Shown here: in pieces, positions 14,303 through 26,910 of the stretch | How the letters are laid out: each line of letters begins with the position of its first letter | Numbering within the stretch: position 1 is the stretch's first letter | NCBI GenBank assembly: GCA_951406725.2 | Contig: OX597831.1 | Coordinates: 26,040,001 to 26,104,000 of the forward strand | Source of the DNA: Octopus vulgaris | Taxonomy: Eukaryota | DNA: 64,000 nt | Reading direction: 5' to 3' | Notes under the pieces: model-generated | What the model was told of the DNA's origin: nothing | Seen by the model: only the letters and a program-made list of their open reading frames with translations | Database searches by the model: none | Translations under genes and position numbers: made by a program

Positions 14303-14477
14303 TAAGTAGATGAATGAATTATCCTAGTATGGATAATTCTGTTAATCGATACCTGGGTAGCAAATTCACTTCAGTAAAACACGGTTGAAGTTTTACTGGA
14401 AATTTGTGTATTTTTTTATATGAATAAATGAAAAGAATGGAGATAAAATCTTCGTTCGACTCCATTCTTTTCATTTA

Positions 14478-14485
<8 letters not shown>
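14303..14485 (-). mobile_element. Fragment of the hammerhead-bearing element at 21947-22240, in (TA)n, with a 26-bp fold-back
   Basis: Reverse complement matches 22065-22240; perfect hairpin arms 14417-14442 and 14460-14485. Confidence 0.7.
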
Positions 14486-14518
<33 letters not shown>

Positions 14519-14575
14519 CCATACACAAGATTGTATTTCTCATGTACATACTTTAGATAAAACATACATAAACTG

Positions 14576-14647
<72 letters not shown>

Positions 14648-14664
14648 ATATATATATATAAAAC

Positions 14665-14864
14665 CTATAATTCACAAAGAAGATTGTCGCACTTGGACAT
14701 TCGTAATAAACAAGCAGATAATGAAGTCAATGCTGAAACAAGATGCTGTTGCAGTATTTGTGATCAGCTCTTCATGCACCTTTCTGGGCTCAAAAGTCAT
14801 TTAAAATTTTATGCTTGGAAAGTGCAATTACAGGTTCAAGAAGCAGTCAAGCTCTGCAAGGAGC

Positions 14865-14865
<1 letters not shown>
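14665..14865 (+). mobile_element. Probable RTE-clade LINE 3' end with a C-terminal zinc-finger-like motif
   Basis: CSICDQLFMHLSGLKSHLK resembles the C..C......GL.SH end of RTE ORFs; followed by a (CAGA)n tract. Confidence 0.45.
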
Positions 14866-14895
<30 letters not shown>

Positions 14896-14941
14896 TAGAC
14901 AGATAGATAGATAGATAGATAGATATGCACTTCGCATTATC

Positions 14942-15168
14942 AGCGAGCTGGCAGACACGTTAGCGCACCGGGCAAAATGTTTAGCGGTATTTCGTCTGTC
15001 GTTACGTTCTGAGTTCAAATTCCGCCGAGGTCAACTTTGCCTTTCATCCTTTTGGAGTCGATAAATTAAGTACCAGTTTCGCACTGGGGGCGATATAATC
15101 GACTTAATCCCTTCGTCTGTCCTTGTTTGTCCCCTCTATGTTTAGCCCCTTGTGGTCAGTAAAGAAAT
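14942..15168 (+). mobile_element. tRNA-headed SINE, family B
   Basis: gcgagctggcagacacgttagc head, gagttcaaattcc B box, gcctttcatccttttggagtcgataaattaagtacc central domain. Confidence 0.9.
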
Positions 15169-15619
15169 ATATAATGAGTGGAGAAAAACAAGTGCATTGT
15201 GGTAGGGTTTTTTTCCATGGGGGATGGACACAGAATTACTAAATTCAGAAGAGATCATTGTATTAGCTATAGAAGAGACCAAAGAAAAATGGCTTAATAA
15301 CAAGCCAGTGGTCATAACAGGAATCTTGTTTTATTTGCAATTTTATTTTACTTGGATGTAGTCTTGAATGTGTCTTTGAAGAGTTCTCTTTGATAGATCT
15401 CTACCAGCAGTTCTCTATTGAAAAAGATTTTTTAACTCTTAATATACAATTAACGTAGATGAATTAGTTTCCAATCTTGAAGTGAAAGAAACAAATGTTC
15501 CATAATACAAACATATGACATTGTATTTTCTTTTTCTTTTTTCTTTTTTATTATTTTTTGTTTGGCTCAAATATATTGACTTAATCTCATAAAATTGCTT
15601 GTAACCTTAATTGTTTATG

Positions 15620-16015
15620 GAATTTGTAGTTGTGATACAAGTGACGGTGGCACGTAAGAGAACCATCCGAACGTGGCCGTAGCCAGCGCCGCCTCAACTG
15701 GCCTCCATGCCGGTGGCACGTAACAAACACCATCCGATCATGGCTGATTGCTAGCCTCGCCTGGCCTCCGTGCCAGTGGCAGGTAAAAAGCACCATCCAA
15801 GCATGGCTATTCACCAGCCTCGTCTGGCACCTGTGTCGGTGGCACATAAAAAGCACCCACTACACTCACAGAGTGGTTGGCGTTAGGAAGGGCATCCAGC
15901 TGTAGAAACACTGTCAGATCTGACTGACCTGGTGCAGCCTTCGGGCTTCCCAGACCCCAGTTGAACCGTCCAACCCATGCTAGCATGGAAAGCGGACGTT
16001 AAACGATGATGATGA
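15620..16015 (+). mobile_element. RTE-type family E 3' UTR with 4 internal hairpin repeats
   Basis: Homologous to 7750-8090; ends ggacgttaaacgatgatgatg. Confidence 0.85.
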
Positions 16016-16024
16016 ATACCTATA

Positions 16025-16247
16025 TTGCCATTGCTAGGCCCTAGAAGAGGGATGTTCAGCTAGCCTCCAGAGAACTGTAAAGAAACCCATGGCTATAAGC
16101 CAGTATCACCTTCTTAAAATGAAAGAAAGCTTAGTACTCTTAGATTTTGAAAAGAAACCACCCCACTATCACCCAGCCTGAGACCTGAAAGCAATTTTGT
16201 TCCACCTTGCTAAATTGCTTTGAGAGGCTCTGGCCTAGCAACAGCAA
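16025..16247. mobile_element. Putative MITE
   Basis: Terminal inverted repeats ttgccattgctaggcc / ggcctagcaacagcaa (14/16 match). Confidence 0.45.
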
Positions 16248-16844
16248 CATTTGATTATAATTTTATAATTTATTAGACATCTACTCTCTACCTGATGTCT
16301 AAATTCTTCTCCCAGTAGCTTTGAGTTCATTTTCCCCATGTGCACTTCTCACTTAAAAAAGACTTAAAAACCAACTTCAAATATTGGATAATGATTATTA
16401 TTAAGCGAAAGATTATGTAACCAAAGCTGTTGGGTAATTCTGTTTTAATTTTCATTTCTTCCTCTTTTTCATTTACTCCTTTTCTATCTTTCATGAAAAT
16501 CTCTGTTTTGTTTAGTTTTAAACCATTCAATGTTTGCTCAATGCTTGTGAATGGATAGTTACCCAAACACTATAATTTAGTGGATTGCAACAACAAAGCC
16601 ATCACAGTTAATCCTTAATAATATCTAAAGGTTATGACAGGAGATGTGGAATTAGCTTAGTATTTGAGTTAATATGTTGCATATATTGCAAACATGACTT
16701 ATTTAATTAGCTGGTTGGCTTTGATTATTATTAAGCACTGTAGTAAATTGTTTGTTGGATACAAGATGTTACACAAATTGCACCAGATAATCTTGTTTAA
16801 TTGCATCTATGAGCGCTCCCTCTTTCTTCTTTCTTTTTTTATCT

Positions 16845-17066
16845 TTACTCTTTTTGCTCTTTTACTCTTTTACTTCTTTCAGTCATTTGACTGTGGCCAT
16901 GCTGGAGCGCTGCCTTTAGTCAAGCAAATCGACCCCAGGACTTATTCTTTGCAAGACTAGTACTTATTCTATCGGTCTCTTTTGCTGAACTGCTAAGTTA
17001 CAGGAACGTAAACACACTAGCATCAGTTGTCAAGTGATGTTGGAGGGACAAACACAGACGCACACA

Positions 17067-17119
<53 letters not shown>

Positions 17120-17271
17120 GATGGGCTTCTTTCAGTTTCCGTCTACCAAATCCACTCACAAGGCTTTGGTTGGCCTGGGGCTATAGTAGAAGACACTTGC
17201 CCAAGGTGCCATGCAGTGGGACTGAATCCAAAACCATGTGGTTGGTAAGCAAGCTACTTACCACACAGCCA
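16845..17271 (-). mobile_element. SINE family A
   Basis: Homology to other family A copies. Confidence 0.92.
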
Positions 17272-18412
17272 AGGTGCAGCCTTAAAAAACAACCATTCTT
17301 TGAAGTTTTCCATTTTATGTTGTCTCCATCAACATAATCATCATCATCATCATCACCCCCACCATCACCTCAATCATCATCATCGTTGTAATCATCATCA
17401 TCATTATCATTATCATCAACAAAGTGCAAAAGAATGAGCTTCATGCCAAACTTATCAGTTTTCTTTATGCAATACAAAGTAATTCCAACACCAACTTGGT
17501 TGGAATCTTGTTATTTCAAAGATCATGGCTGGCACAAGCTCATAAGGTTTCCAGATATTTTATTGCAAATCACCAAATTACATTCCCAGGGTGAATTATT
17601 TTTGTTGCTTTCCATTTTCTTTTTTTTTTCCGTTTTTCTTTTCTTTTTTTTTTTGTTAATCAGTTTGTTAAAATCTTCCACAGTAATACTGACTTTGATC
17701 TCTTATTTCATTTCCACACATGGACAATTCTCAGTTAGTTTTTGATATTTGTCTAGAATTACTTGGATACCCTTGGCTACTCTTTCTCGCGCTGACCAAT
17801 AACACAGAAGCAGATAATCAAAGTGTTTTTGGTGACGATTCTAATCATGGCCCTTCCAACATTTCTTTTATAAAATGAGTTGTCTTAAGATCTTAAATTT
17901 CTAAGATGTGATTTCTATTTTATAGTACATTGTGAAGAATATATTAAGAGATATTTAGCTGCTAGATTCAACCAGCTGGGAATACTGGTGTGTGCATTAT
18001 GGCATTGTTCTTTAAAGTATGTTTCATATACTTGTTTGGCTATCAAACAAATTTTAAGAATTTTTTGTTTACATTGATATTGCCCAAGGTGCCACACAGT
18101 GTGAATGAACCTGGATCCATGCGGTTGATAAGCAAGCTACTTACCACACAGCCACTATATTAATTTCATTTTAGTAATGATGCTTGCTTCTAACTCTTTT
18201 ATAGCCTGCTTTCTAACAGAATATTAGAAATACTATAATAATGTCTTGTATTTATAACTAGCTTTATTGGTAAACTACTTTCAAATTATATTTCAATACT
18301 CAATAGGTTTTAAAGTAGTTTAATAATTTCAAAGCATATTTACAATGAACCAACTCAACTGAGACTAGTTATACATTTAATGTCTGTTCTGTGCTTAAAG
18401 TGACATACATAA

Positions 18413-18600
18413 TCTATTATATAAAATCCATTCTGTCTGTCTGTGTGTGTGTGTCTTCTAGGATCTCAGGCATCCTCCATCCAATTGCACTCAAATTTGA
18501 TACGTAGATACTGACAGTATCAGGGCATGTATAAGTCTTGAAAAAATTACAAAAATCAGTTCCAGGTGAGAATGCGATCGATAAAGTGAATAAAATTATT
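18413..18600 (+). mobile_element. Helitron-like non-autonomous element, 5' part
   Basis: a|TCtattatataaaa start followed by (CTGT)n, as at 36234; 3' end not found. Confidence 0.4.
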
Positions 18601-18793
18601 TTTCTTTGGAATAGAAAAAAAGTCCATCTTTATTTCTTCTTTTGCTGGTGTCTCAAATTTAGGTTAAATCAGTGTTTCTCAAAGGGGAGGCCTATGGGAC
18701 GGTCAGACAAGTTGTTTAGAGAAAATTTGGTTTAAATATTTGACAACTCAGCACTGTCCATTGGATGGGGGGAGGGTTGCTCGTATATATATG

Positions 18794-18824
<31 letters not shown>

Positions 18825-18963
18825 TTTTATATAAACAGATATTGTTATATTTCGGAATGTCATATTGCCAGTTTGCCAAACGACTAATATTTGGTGTATT
18901 TTGCTCAGTGATATTTATTTTTTACATTAATCTTAATCTTATTTGCAAGTTCTTTGCACCCAG

Positions 18964-19117
18964 ATCAGTGGTCCTTTGTTTTCTTCTCACTTACTTGTGT
19001 CTCTCCTTACTAACGTCAGTTAGTAGGAGACTCTAACTCAGTTAGTAAGGAGACTACTAACCGTCAGTTAGTAAGGAGAGACACAAGTAAGTGAGAAGAA
19101 AACAAAGGACCACTGAT
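18964..19117. repeat. Perfect 51-bp inverted repeat with a 52-bp spacer
   Basis: Arms 18964-19014 and 19067-19117 are exact reverse complements. Confidence 0.95.
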
Positions 19118-19197
19118 GCGGTCACAGGAGTGTGACGAAGAACGCAAATATAAGATATAAAAAAATATATATATATATATATATGCATTCGAAATAT

Positions 19198-19233
<36 letters not shown>

Positions 19234-19779
19234 CATATATAATTCATATTTCATAAATGAGGTGGTGAATTGACAGAGTCAGGGCAGTGATTCTGTTTGT
19301 ATCTACTCCCTACCTCACAGACATCTGAAACATGAGGTGTGAAATCATGGTTATAACACTGCTATTAAGTCAGTCGAAGCCAAGTAATGGCTAAGTTATT
19401 TCCTGATTAAGGTTCTTTTGTGTTTGTGTAAATGCAAATTATTATGTAAGAGCTACAGTGTATTTTCAGAATATAAGGAAAGAACTTTTCTTCTAGTTTT
19501 CCTTTCCTTCCATATGAAAGAATATTGGTACAAGTAATGTACAAAGTAGAATGACACTCAACAATGGAGCCTTTATGCAGTCACTCAGCATGCTAGAAAT
19601 AGCAGTTGTATCTCCCTTTCATCATATCCTACCAGATAAATAAGGAAAGGCCATATTAGCTAATGTAGTCCTAAATCCTCTTAAAAGGAAGAAGGATCGT
19701 TACTGTAATACCTTTGACCATAGACCTGCTTGATTGAGGTTGATTGATCTGCGACAATAAACTCACAGTCTATTAGTTA

Positions 19780-20205
19780 TGAAGATGAAGGTTCCAGTCG
19801 ATGCAATCAACAGAACAGCTTGCTTGTGGAATTAACATGAAAGTGACTGAGCACTCCTCAAATGTGTACCCTTAACCTTTTGAGCCCTGGCATCCTGAAC
19901 ATTATTTGACTATATACCTGGCTTCCAGATGCACTCCACTGAAGGAGTGGTGCTCGTTAACCCTTTGAGCCTGGTGTTACAGGCTCAAAGGGTTAATGTA
20001 GTTCTCAGGGAGATTCAGCATGACACAGAATGTGACAAGGCTGATCCTTTGAAAGACAGGTACTACTTGTTTTTGGCAGCTGAGTGGAGACTGGAGCAAG
20101 GCGAAATAAAGTGTCCTGTTCAAGGACATGATGCACCACAGGGAATTGAACTCACAACCACATGATTGTGGGCTGAACGCCCTAACCACTAAGCCCCATG
20201 CTTTT
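19780..20205 (-). mobile_element. SINE of the family C tail group, interrupted at TTAA by a MITE
   Basis: Tail matches family C; the gtacccTTAA..gtagttctc site is split by 19876-19992. Confidence 0.8.
19876..19992. mobile_element. piggyBac-type MITE with TTAA TSD
   Basis: TTAA|ccttttgagcc...ggctcaaaggg|TTAA; TTAA is duplicated relative to uninterrupted SINE copies. Confidence 0.75.
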
Positions 20206-20357
20206 TACATTCTGTAACTATGTGATAACAACAACTGGATGCTTGTTATGATCTACTAAATGTAAAACAGGAATCTCATTGAAATACCGGTCTGTTGTTA
20301 TTGACAAAATAGTTTTGACTCAAATACTGTGTCTGAGAAATAACAATAATAATGGGA

Positions 20358-20737
20358 TGGAAGCACTCCTTCGGTTACGACGACGAGGGTTCCGGTTGAT
20401 TCGATCAACGGAACAGCCTGCTCGTGAAACGTGTAAGTGGCTGAGCACTCCACAGACACGTGTACCCTTACCGTAGTTCTCAGGGATATTCAGCGTGACA
20501 CAGAGAGTGACAAGGCCAGCCCTTTGAAATACAGGTACAACAGAAACAGGAAGTAAGAGTGAGAGAAAGTTGTGGTGAAAGAGTACAGCAGGGATCACCA
20601 CCACCCCCTGCCAGAGCCTCGTGGAGCTTTAGGTGTTTTCGCTCAATAAACACTCACAACGCCCGGTCTGGGAATCGAAACCGCAATCCTACGACCGCGA
20701 GTCCGCTGCCCTAACCACTGGGCCATTGCGCCTCCAC

Positions 20738-20738
<1 letters not shown>
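20358..20738 (-). mobile_element. SINE family C, full length, young
   Basis: Minus head gtggaggcgcaatggcccagtggttagggcagcggactcgcggtcg...ggtttcgattcc; CpGs retained. Confidence 0.93.
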
Positions 20739-20828
<90 letters not shown>

Positions 20829-21417
20829 TTAGTAATAATACTGTTTAATTTAGAAGAGTTATAGTTATTTCAGTATAATAAACTGAGAATAAATATCAAA
20901 AGAAGTTGGTGGGAGTAAAGCAGATTTGCAAATCTGACACAAACACTTCACAGTGAAGGTAGCCAGGAATAAAACCAATGATAAATATAAATTTAGTGAT
21001 TCAAGTCAACAGGTAATTTTGGCAGCTCTCCATATAACTTTCGGTAAAAAAAAAAAAAAAAAAGAATGAAAACAATAGCCTTTTTTTTTTTTTTCAAATA
21101 TTATTTTTGTTCTTTTACTGATTTTTATCATTGAATTCTGGTCACATTGTCTTCAAGGACATAAGATGATCGTATTAACCCTGTGCTTATATCAATATGA
21201 TTTTTCCCCAATCTTTATTTCTCAAACCCTTAAGTTAATGTTTTGACATTAGAGTCCACATCTTCCAAATAATACTTGCAGTCCATTGGTCAGACAGAGG
21301 TTAAAATAGATGAAAATTGTCAAGTGTTAAGCAATGAGAATGAACCTGGAACCATGTAGCTGCAAAATAAACTTCTTAACCAAATAGTTATACCTATATA
21401 TATATATATATATATAT

Positions 21418-21834
21418 ACTCTTTACTCTTTTACTCTTTTACTTGTTTCAGTCATTTGACTGCGGCCATGCTGGAGCACCGCCTTTAGTCAAGCAAACCG
21501 ATCCCGGGACTTATTCTTTGTAAGCCCAGTACTTATTCTATCGGTCTCTTTTGCCGAACCGCTAAGTGACGGGGACGTAAACACACCAGCATCGGTTGTC
21601 AAGCAATGCTAGGGGGACAAACACAGACACACAAACACACACATACATACATACATATATATATATATATACATATATACAACAGGCTTCTTGCAGTTTC
21701 CGTCTACCAAATCCACTCACAAGGCATTGGTCGGCCCGGGGCTATAGTAGAAGACACTTGCCCAAGATGCCACGCAGTGGGACTGAACCCGGAACCATGT
21801 GGTTGGTTAGCAAGCTACTTACCACACAGCCACT
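21418..21834 (-). mobile_element. SINE family A
   Basis: Homology to other family A copies. Confidence 0.92.
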
Positions 21835-21946
21835 GTATATATATTTTAAAGAAACACTTTATATTTTAAAGAACCACTCATTATCGCTATGGGCTCCGTG
21901 TGGGCAGTCATCTAAGAGCATTTGTTCATCTTGATGCTGACATAAG

Positions 21947-22045
21947 TTCCTTGTTTTTCCTGATGAGAAGGCGGCATAATACACCCCTTATTCCTTTGAA
22001 ATTAGGAATATGCAGCCTTCGAAACATATGTCGAAAATAAAGGAA
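21947..22045 (+). ncRNA. Type I hammerhead ribozyme (Penelope-associated type) with canonical core
   Basis: Stem I ttcctt-gt-ttttc / gaaaa-ta-aaggaa; CTGATGA 21960-21966; stem II gaaggc/gccttc; GAAA 22021-22024; palindromic stem III ACATATGT; GUC cleavage triplet 22030-22032. Confidence 0.8.
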
Positions 22046-22232
22046 TTTTGTTAAATCATCGTTCTACTCCATTCTTTCATTTATTTGTATTTAAAAAAAC
22101 ACACAAATTTCCACACGAAAGCACGTGATCTCTGCCCTTGGCATGTAGCTTCAACCGTGTTTTTCTAACGTGAATTTGCTACCCAGGTATCGGTTAACCG
22201 AATTATCCATACTAAGATAATTCATTCAACTA

Positions 22233-22270
<38 letters not shown>

Positions 22271-23897
22271 TCTCTTTCTATGACGTTTAGAGGAATTCCC
22301 TTGCTTTTTCTTTAGATTGATGGTGCTAGGTATGTAATATGTCTTAATCAACTTAAATATAACGAGGTAAATGTTATAAGATTTTTTTAATAGCAGGAAG
22401 TGTTTTGCTGAAAGAACAGCTAATGTACAGATGGACTATCTTCTATATTCTCTGTTACCATTTTCTGTAAACAAAATCTATGGGGTTCTTGAATGTTTAT
22501 CTGAGTTCATGTAAATGTAACTGAAAGTCATTTTTGATGTGGTTATCTTTCTCACATTACTAAACACTACTACTCTGCTCTCTTTTCGATTAATGCGAAC
22601 ATCATCCACCTTTTCCTCGTGTGTTACTGCACTTATTTCTGTTAACCTGTTTTTATATTCTTATGACATCCATTAATATCAGCCTGTTCTTTGAAGCTAA
22701 GCAAATTAGTTTCAATTCCAGCTGAGATTCCACTTTGGTAAATTTATCTGCTGCAGAGAGAAAATTATGAAGGTTTGTAATTTAATATCTGCTGGAGACA
22801 TTTCATTGTATGGACATAACACATGTTTCAGTTTACCAATCTGTCAGAAATAGATAACAAAAGTTTTGCAACCTTCTCTGTGATAGTGTGGCTTGCTATT
22901 CAGAACCAAAACTCCTGTCTCATGGCTTCATATTGCTCAAAGAAACCTCATCAGTGATTTTGTGTTAGTTTGTTTTTGGTTTTTGTTTTTTTTTATCTTG
23001 TCCTGGCTTAATACTGGTTAGACAAACATACCTAACATCACATCCCACCATCTGTCACCAGCTTGCATCACTTGCTAAGCGAAACTCAATGTTCACAGGT
23101 CTTAACTACATCTTTTCCTACCAATTTTTCTTTGCTTTATCACAGCCACTGGTAACATCCATCTCTACAGCTAGTAACGTCCTAGTAACTTCTATTCCCT
23201 ATTTACAACAATTCATTCATCCTGTTTTTGCTACACTAAAAACCTGAAGGGGAAATTCTTTCAAAGACTTCTCTATTGATTCTATTGCTCATATTATAAT
23301 TTCACTTTCTTTTATTCCCAAATAATATTTCTTGTTCTTATTTAATTATCAATACTTTTATCTTCCTGTTCATTTTCCAATTGTTCACTTATGTTTCTTG
23401 TTTTATTCCATAGTTTATGAAACACATCTTCCTTTTGTAATCAATAATGTATAAATCTAAATATTTACAAAAAAAACCCATATAGTAAGGATCTGTGAGA
23501 TTCACAGACTTTAGATTTCAAATGTTCAGCAAATTTATTGTAATTGATTTACAAAGTTTTTTCAAAAACTCGGAAATATTTTCATGCCATTAAAATACAC
23601 ATTCCATATTGTTTATTTTGTATTATCAATACTTCTGTTTCCATTTGACCTTTTTATTTATTTATTTATTTATTTTCACTTTTTTAGATTAAATCTTATT
23701 ATTATTATTATTATTACTGCTATATAAGTTTTTTATAAAATTCTAAAACTTATCAAACTCATTTGGCACTGGCAACCATACTTTGCTCAAAGTTACTTAA
23801 ACCATTTCTTCACTTACAAGGTAATCGGTAAAGTCAGGGTGATTCCCTGATTCTAGATGTTACTTGCTAATAATAGAAGAGCAAAGTGTGTTTTGGA

Positions 23898-23899
<2 letters not shown>

Positions 23900-23941
<42 letters not shown>

Positions 23942-24077
23942 ATATATATATACTTATGTATATATACATATATATATGTATGTATATATATACATATGTA
24001 TATATACATATATATATGTATATATATATATATTGATTTGCCTAATAGTGGTTTTATCTCTAATTTAATTTATATAC

Positions 24078-24135
<58 letters not shown>

Positions 24136-24215
24136 AAATATATATACATATATAAGTATATATATACACACATATGTGTATATATATATATACATATATG
24201 TATATATATATATGA

Positions 24216-24268
<53 letters not shown>

Positions 24269-24309
24269 ATATATATACATATATATATGTGTGTGTATAG
24301 ATATGTATA

Positions 24310-24346
<37 letters not shown>

Positions 24347-24470
24347 GCATATACATATATAAATATGTATATATATATATATGTATATATATACATACAT
24401 GTGTGTGTTTGTATGTATTTGTGTATGTGTTTGTATATATATATATATATACACTCACACACACATACAC
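23900..24470. repeat. Long degenerate (TA)n/(TATG)n microsatellite
   Basis: Directly visible. Confidence 0.95.
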
Positions 24471-25068
24471 CATGTAGCTGCAAACATTAGCACAAACATG
24501 TCAGCTGTGATGGCACATTTGGCAAACATTTCACTATTGATAATGCTTACCCATTCTTACCAAGATAACAAAATAACTAATATATAGTATGTACTAACAC
24601 GCAGATATGTATGAGGTGTCTGTTTATACTTTTATACTTCAATGTTTTTTGCCGTGTTGCATGGGAGGAATGGTAATTGCGTACTTGGACATTTGTATGC
24701 TGCCTGTTATAAATGTTAGCCAATAAACTGACCACTGAATGTGTGTATCAAAATACAAGATAAATATATCTTTGTTCAACCCTCTCAGATCAGAATAACC
24801 ATAAACTGATTTTTTTAACCCAGCTGCTTCAGGTAAAGGAAGGTATTTTGGAGAAAACAGACATTTAAAAGAGTACACACAAGATGCAATCTTACAGAAC
24901 AAGGTGTTTATTGTGCTTCAGAGTTCATGGCCCTCTTCTTTCCTTTCAAAATTCTTTTAGTTTTATCTTCTGCAGGTTCTCTTACCATTCATTGATTTTA
25001 TTTTATTAATAATAATGATGAATATATAAATAATAATGAGACTAATGGCAATGGCAGAATTATCTTTA

Positions 25069-25098
<30 letters not shown>

Positions 25099-25099
<1 letters not shown>

Positions 25100-25620
25100 G
25101 GTGAAGTGGCAGATGAAATGCTTAGCAGTATTTCATTCGTTGGTGCATTCTGAGTTCAAATTCCCCTGAGGTCAGCTTTGACTTTCATCCTTTCGGGGTC
25201 GATAAATTAAGTATGAAATGCTTAGCAGTATTTCACTCGTTGGTGCATTCTGAGTTCAAATTCCACTGAGGTCAGCTTTGCATTTCATCCTTTCGGGGTC
25301 GATAAATTAAGTACCAGTTGTGAACTAGGGTCAATCTAATTGACTAGTCCCCGCCCCGAAAATTTCAGGCTTTGTGCCCTTAAAGCAGAGGATTATTATT
25401 ACTATTAAGGCTGTGAGCTGGCAGAATCATTAGCATACCAGGCAAAATGCTTAGCAGCATTTTGTCTGTCTTCATGTCCTGAGATCAAATTCTGCCAAGG
25501 ATGATTTTGCCTTTCATCCTTTCAGAGTTGATAAAATAAGTAGCAGTTGAACACTGGAGTTGATGTAACTGACTTATGTCCCTCCTTCAAAATTGCTAGC
25601 CCTGGGCCAAAATTTGAAAT
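25099..25620 (+). mobile_element. Two tandem family B-like SINEs; the first has a ~100-bp internal duplication
   Basis: atgaaatgcttagcagtatttca...gataaattaagta occurs at 25113 and 25213; second head ggctgtgagctggcag near 25409. Confidence 0.85.
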
Positions 25621-25678
25621 CCTTATTAGTGTATTGAGTGGGGAATGAAATATACTCCTGTTTTACAAAGACTATTCT

Positions 25679-26084
25679 GGCACAGAATTGGCTGTGTGGT
25701 AAGTGGCTTTCTTACCAACTACATGGTTCCAGGTTCACTCCCACTACATGGCACCTTGGGCAAGTGTCTTCTACTATAGCCTCAGGCCGACCAGTGAGTG
25801 GATTTGGTAGAAGGAAACTAAAAGAAGGAAACTAAAAGAAGCCCATCATATATATATGTATGTATGTGCATATGTTTGTATGTCTGTGTTTGTCCCCCCC
25901 CCCAACATTGCTTGAAAACCGATGCTGGTGTGTTTACGTCCAAATAACTTAGTGGTTTGGTAAAAAAAGAGACCAATAGAATGAGTACTAGGCTTCCAAA
26001 GAACAAGTCCTGGGGTTGATTTGCTCGACTAAAGGCAGTGCTCCAGCATGGCCGCAGTCAAATGACTGAAACAAGTAAAAGAGT
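25679..26084 (+). mobile_element. SINE family A
   Basis: Homology to other family A copies. Confidence 0.9.
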
Positions 26085-26526
26085 GCTAATGCAAAAACAA
26101 AGCATTATTTAGTTAAGAGTATGGAGTGCCCTGCTTGTTTGTTTGCATGTGTGTACATACACTGAACACCACTTCAAAAGCTATGGCCACACAATAAAGG
26201 AATCATCAAAGCAACAAAGAAATATGTTTGCTATAAAATGATGCATGCTCTGATCAATTAGTACAATACAGACAAAGGATTGCCACATAATATCAAGTCA
26301 TTCACAGTCAAAGATGCTTTGTTAATGGTCCGTGTTTCTTAGGATTACATCAAACCATCAACAGTCCAGCTTGATGATATTGAAAACATTGTAAACATAC
26401 ATAGTGACCATATTTTTCATGTAATAATACTTAGTGAAGCCTCTTTTTTCAAACTTTTGCTTGTGCTAGGCTATCTGAACAATTTTCCAAACAAAATACT
26501 CCTCCACATTCTCATCTGAATAATTG

Positions 26527-26910
26527 TGGAAGCACTCCGTCGGTTACGACGATGAGGGTTCCGGTTGATCCGAATCAACGGAACAGCCTGCTCGTGAAAT
26601 TAACGTGTAATTGGCTGAGCACTCCACAGACACGTGCACCCTTAACGTAGTTCTCGGGGATATTCAGCGTGACACAGAAAGTGACAAGTCCAGCCCCTTG
26701 AAATACAGGTACAACAGAAACAGGAAGAAAGAGTGAGAGAAAGTTGTGGTGAAAGAGTACAGCAGGGATCACCACCATCCCCTGCCAGAGCCTCATGGAG
26801 CTTTTAGGTGTTTTCGCTCAATAAACACTCACAAGGCCCGGTCTGGGAATCAAAACCGCGATCCTATGACCGCGTGTCCGCTGCCCTAACCACTGGGCCA
26901 TTGCGCCTCA
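26527..26910 (-). mobile_element. SINE family C, full length
   Basis: Near-identical to 20358-20738. Confidence 0.93.

Noticed and set aside
14730-14815. C2H2 zinc-finger gene exon
   Set aside because: Single finger lacking the last His, no linker, flanked by microsatellites; fits an RTE ORF end better
15642-15862. CRISPR-like repeat-spacer array
   Set aside because: Spacers are related to each other, the array sits in a retroelement 3' UTR, the context is eukaryotic and there are no cas genes
20660-20738. tRNA gene (also other SINE heads)
   Set aside because: A/B boxes are present but the acceptor stem is poor and each head is fused to a repeated SINE body
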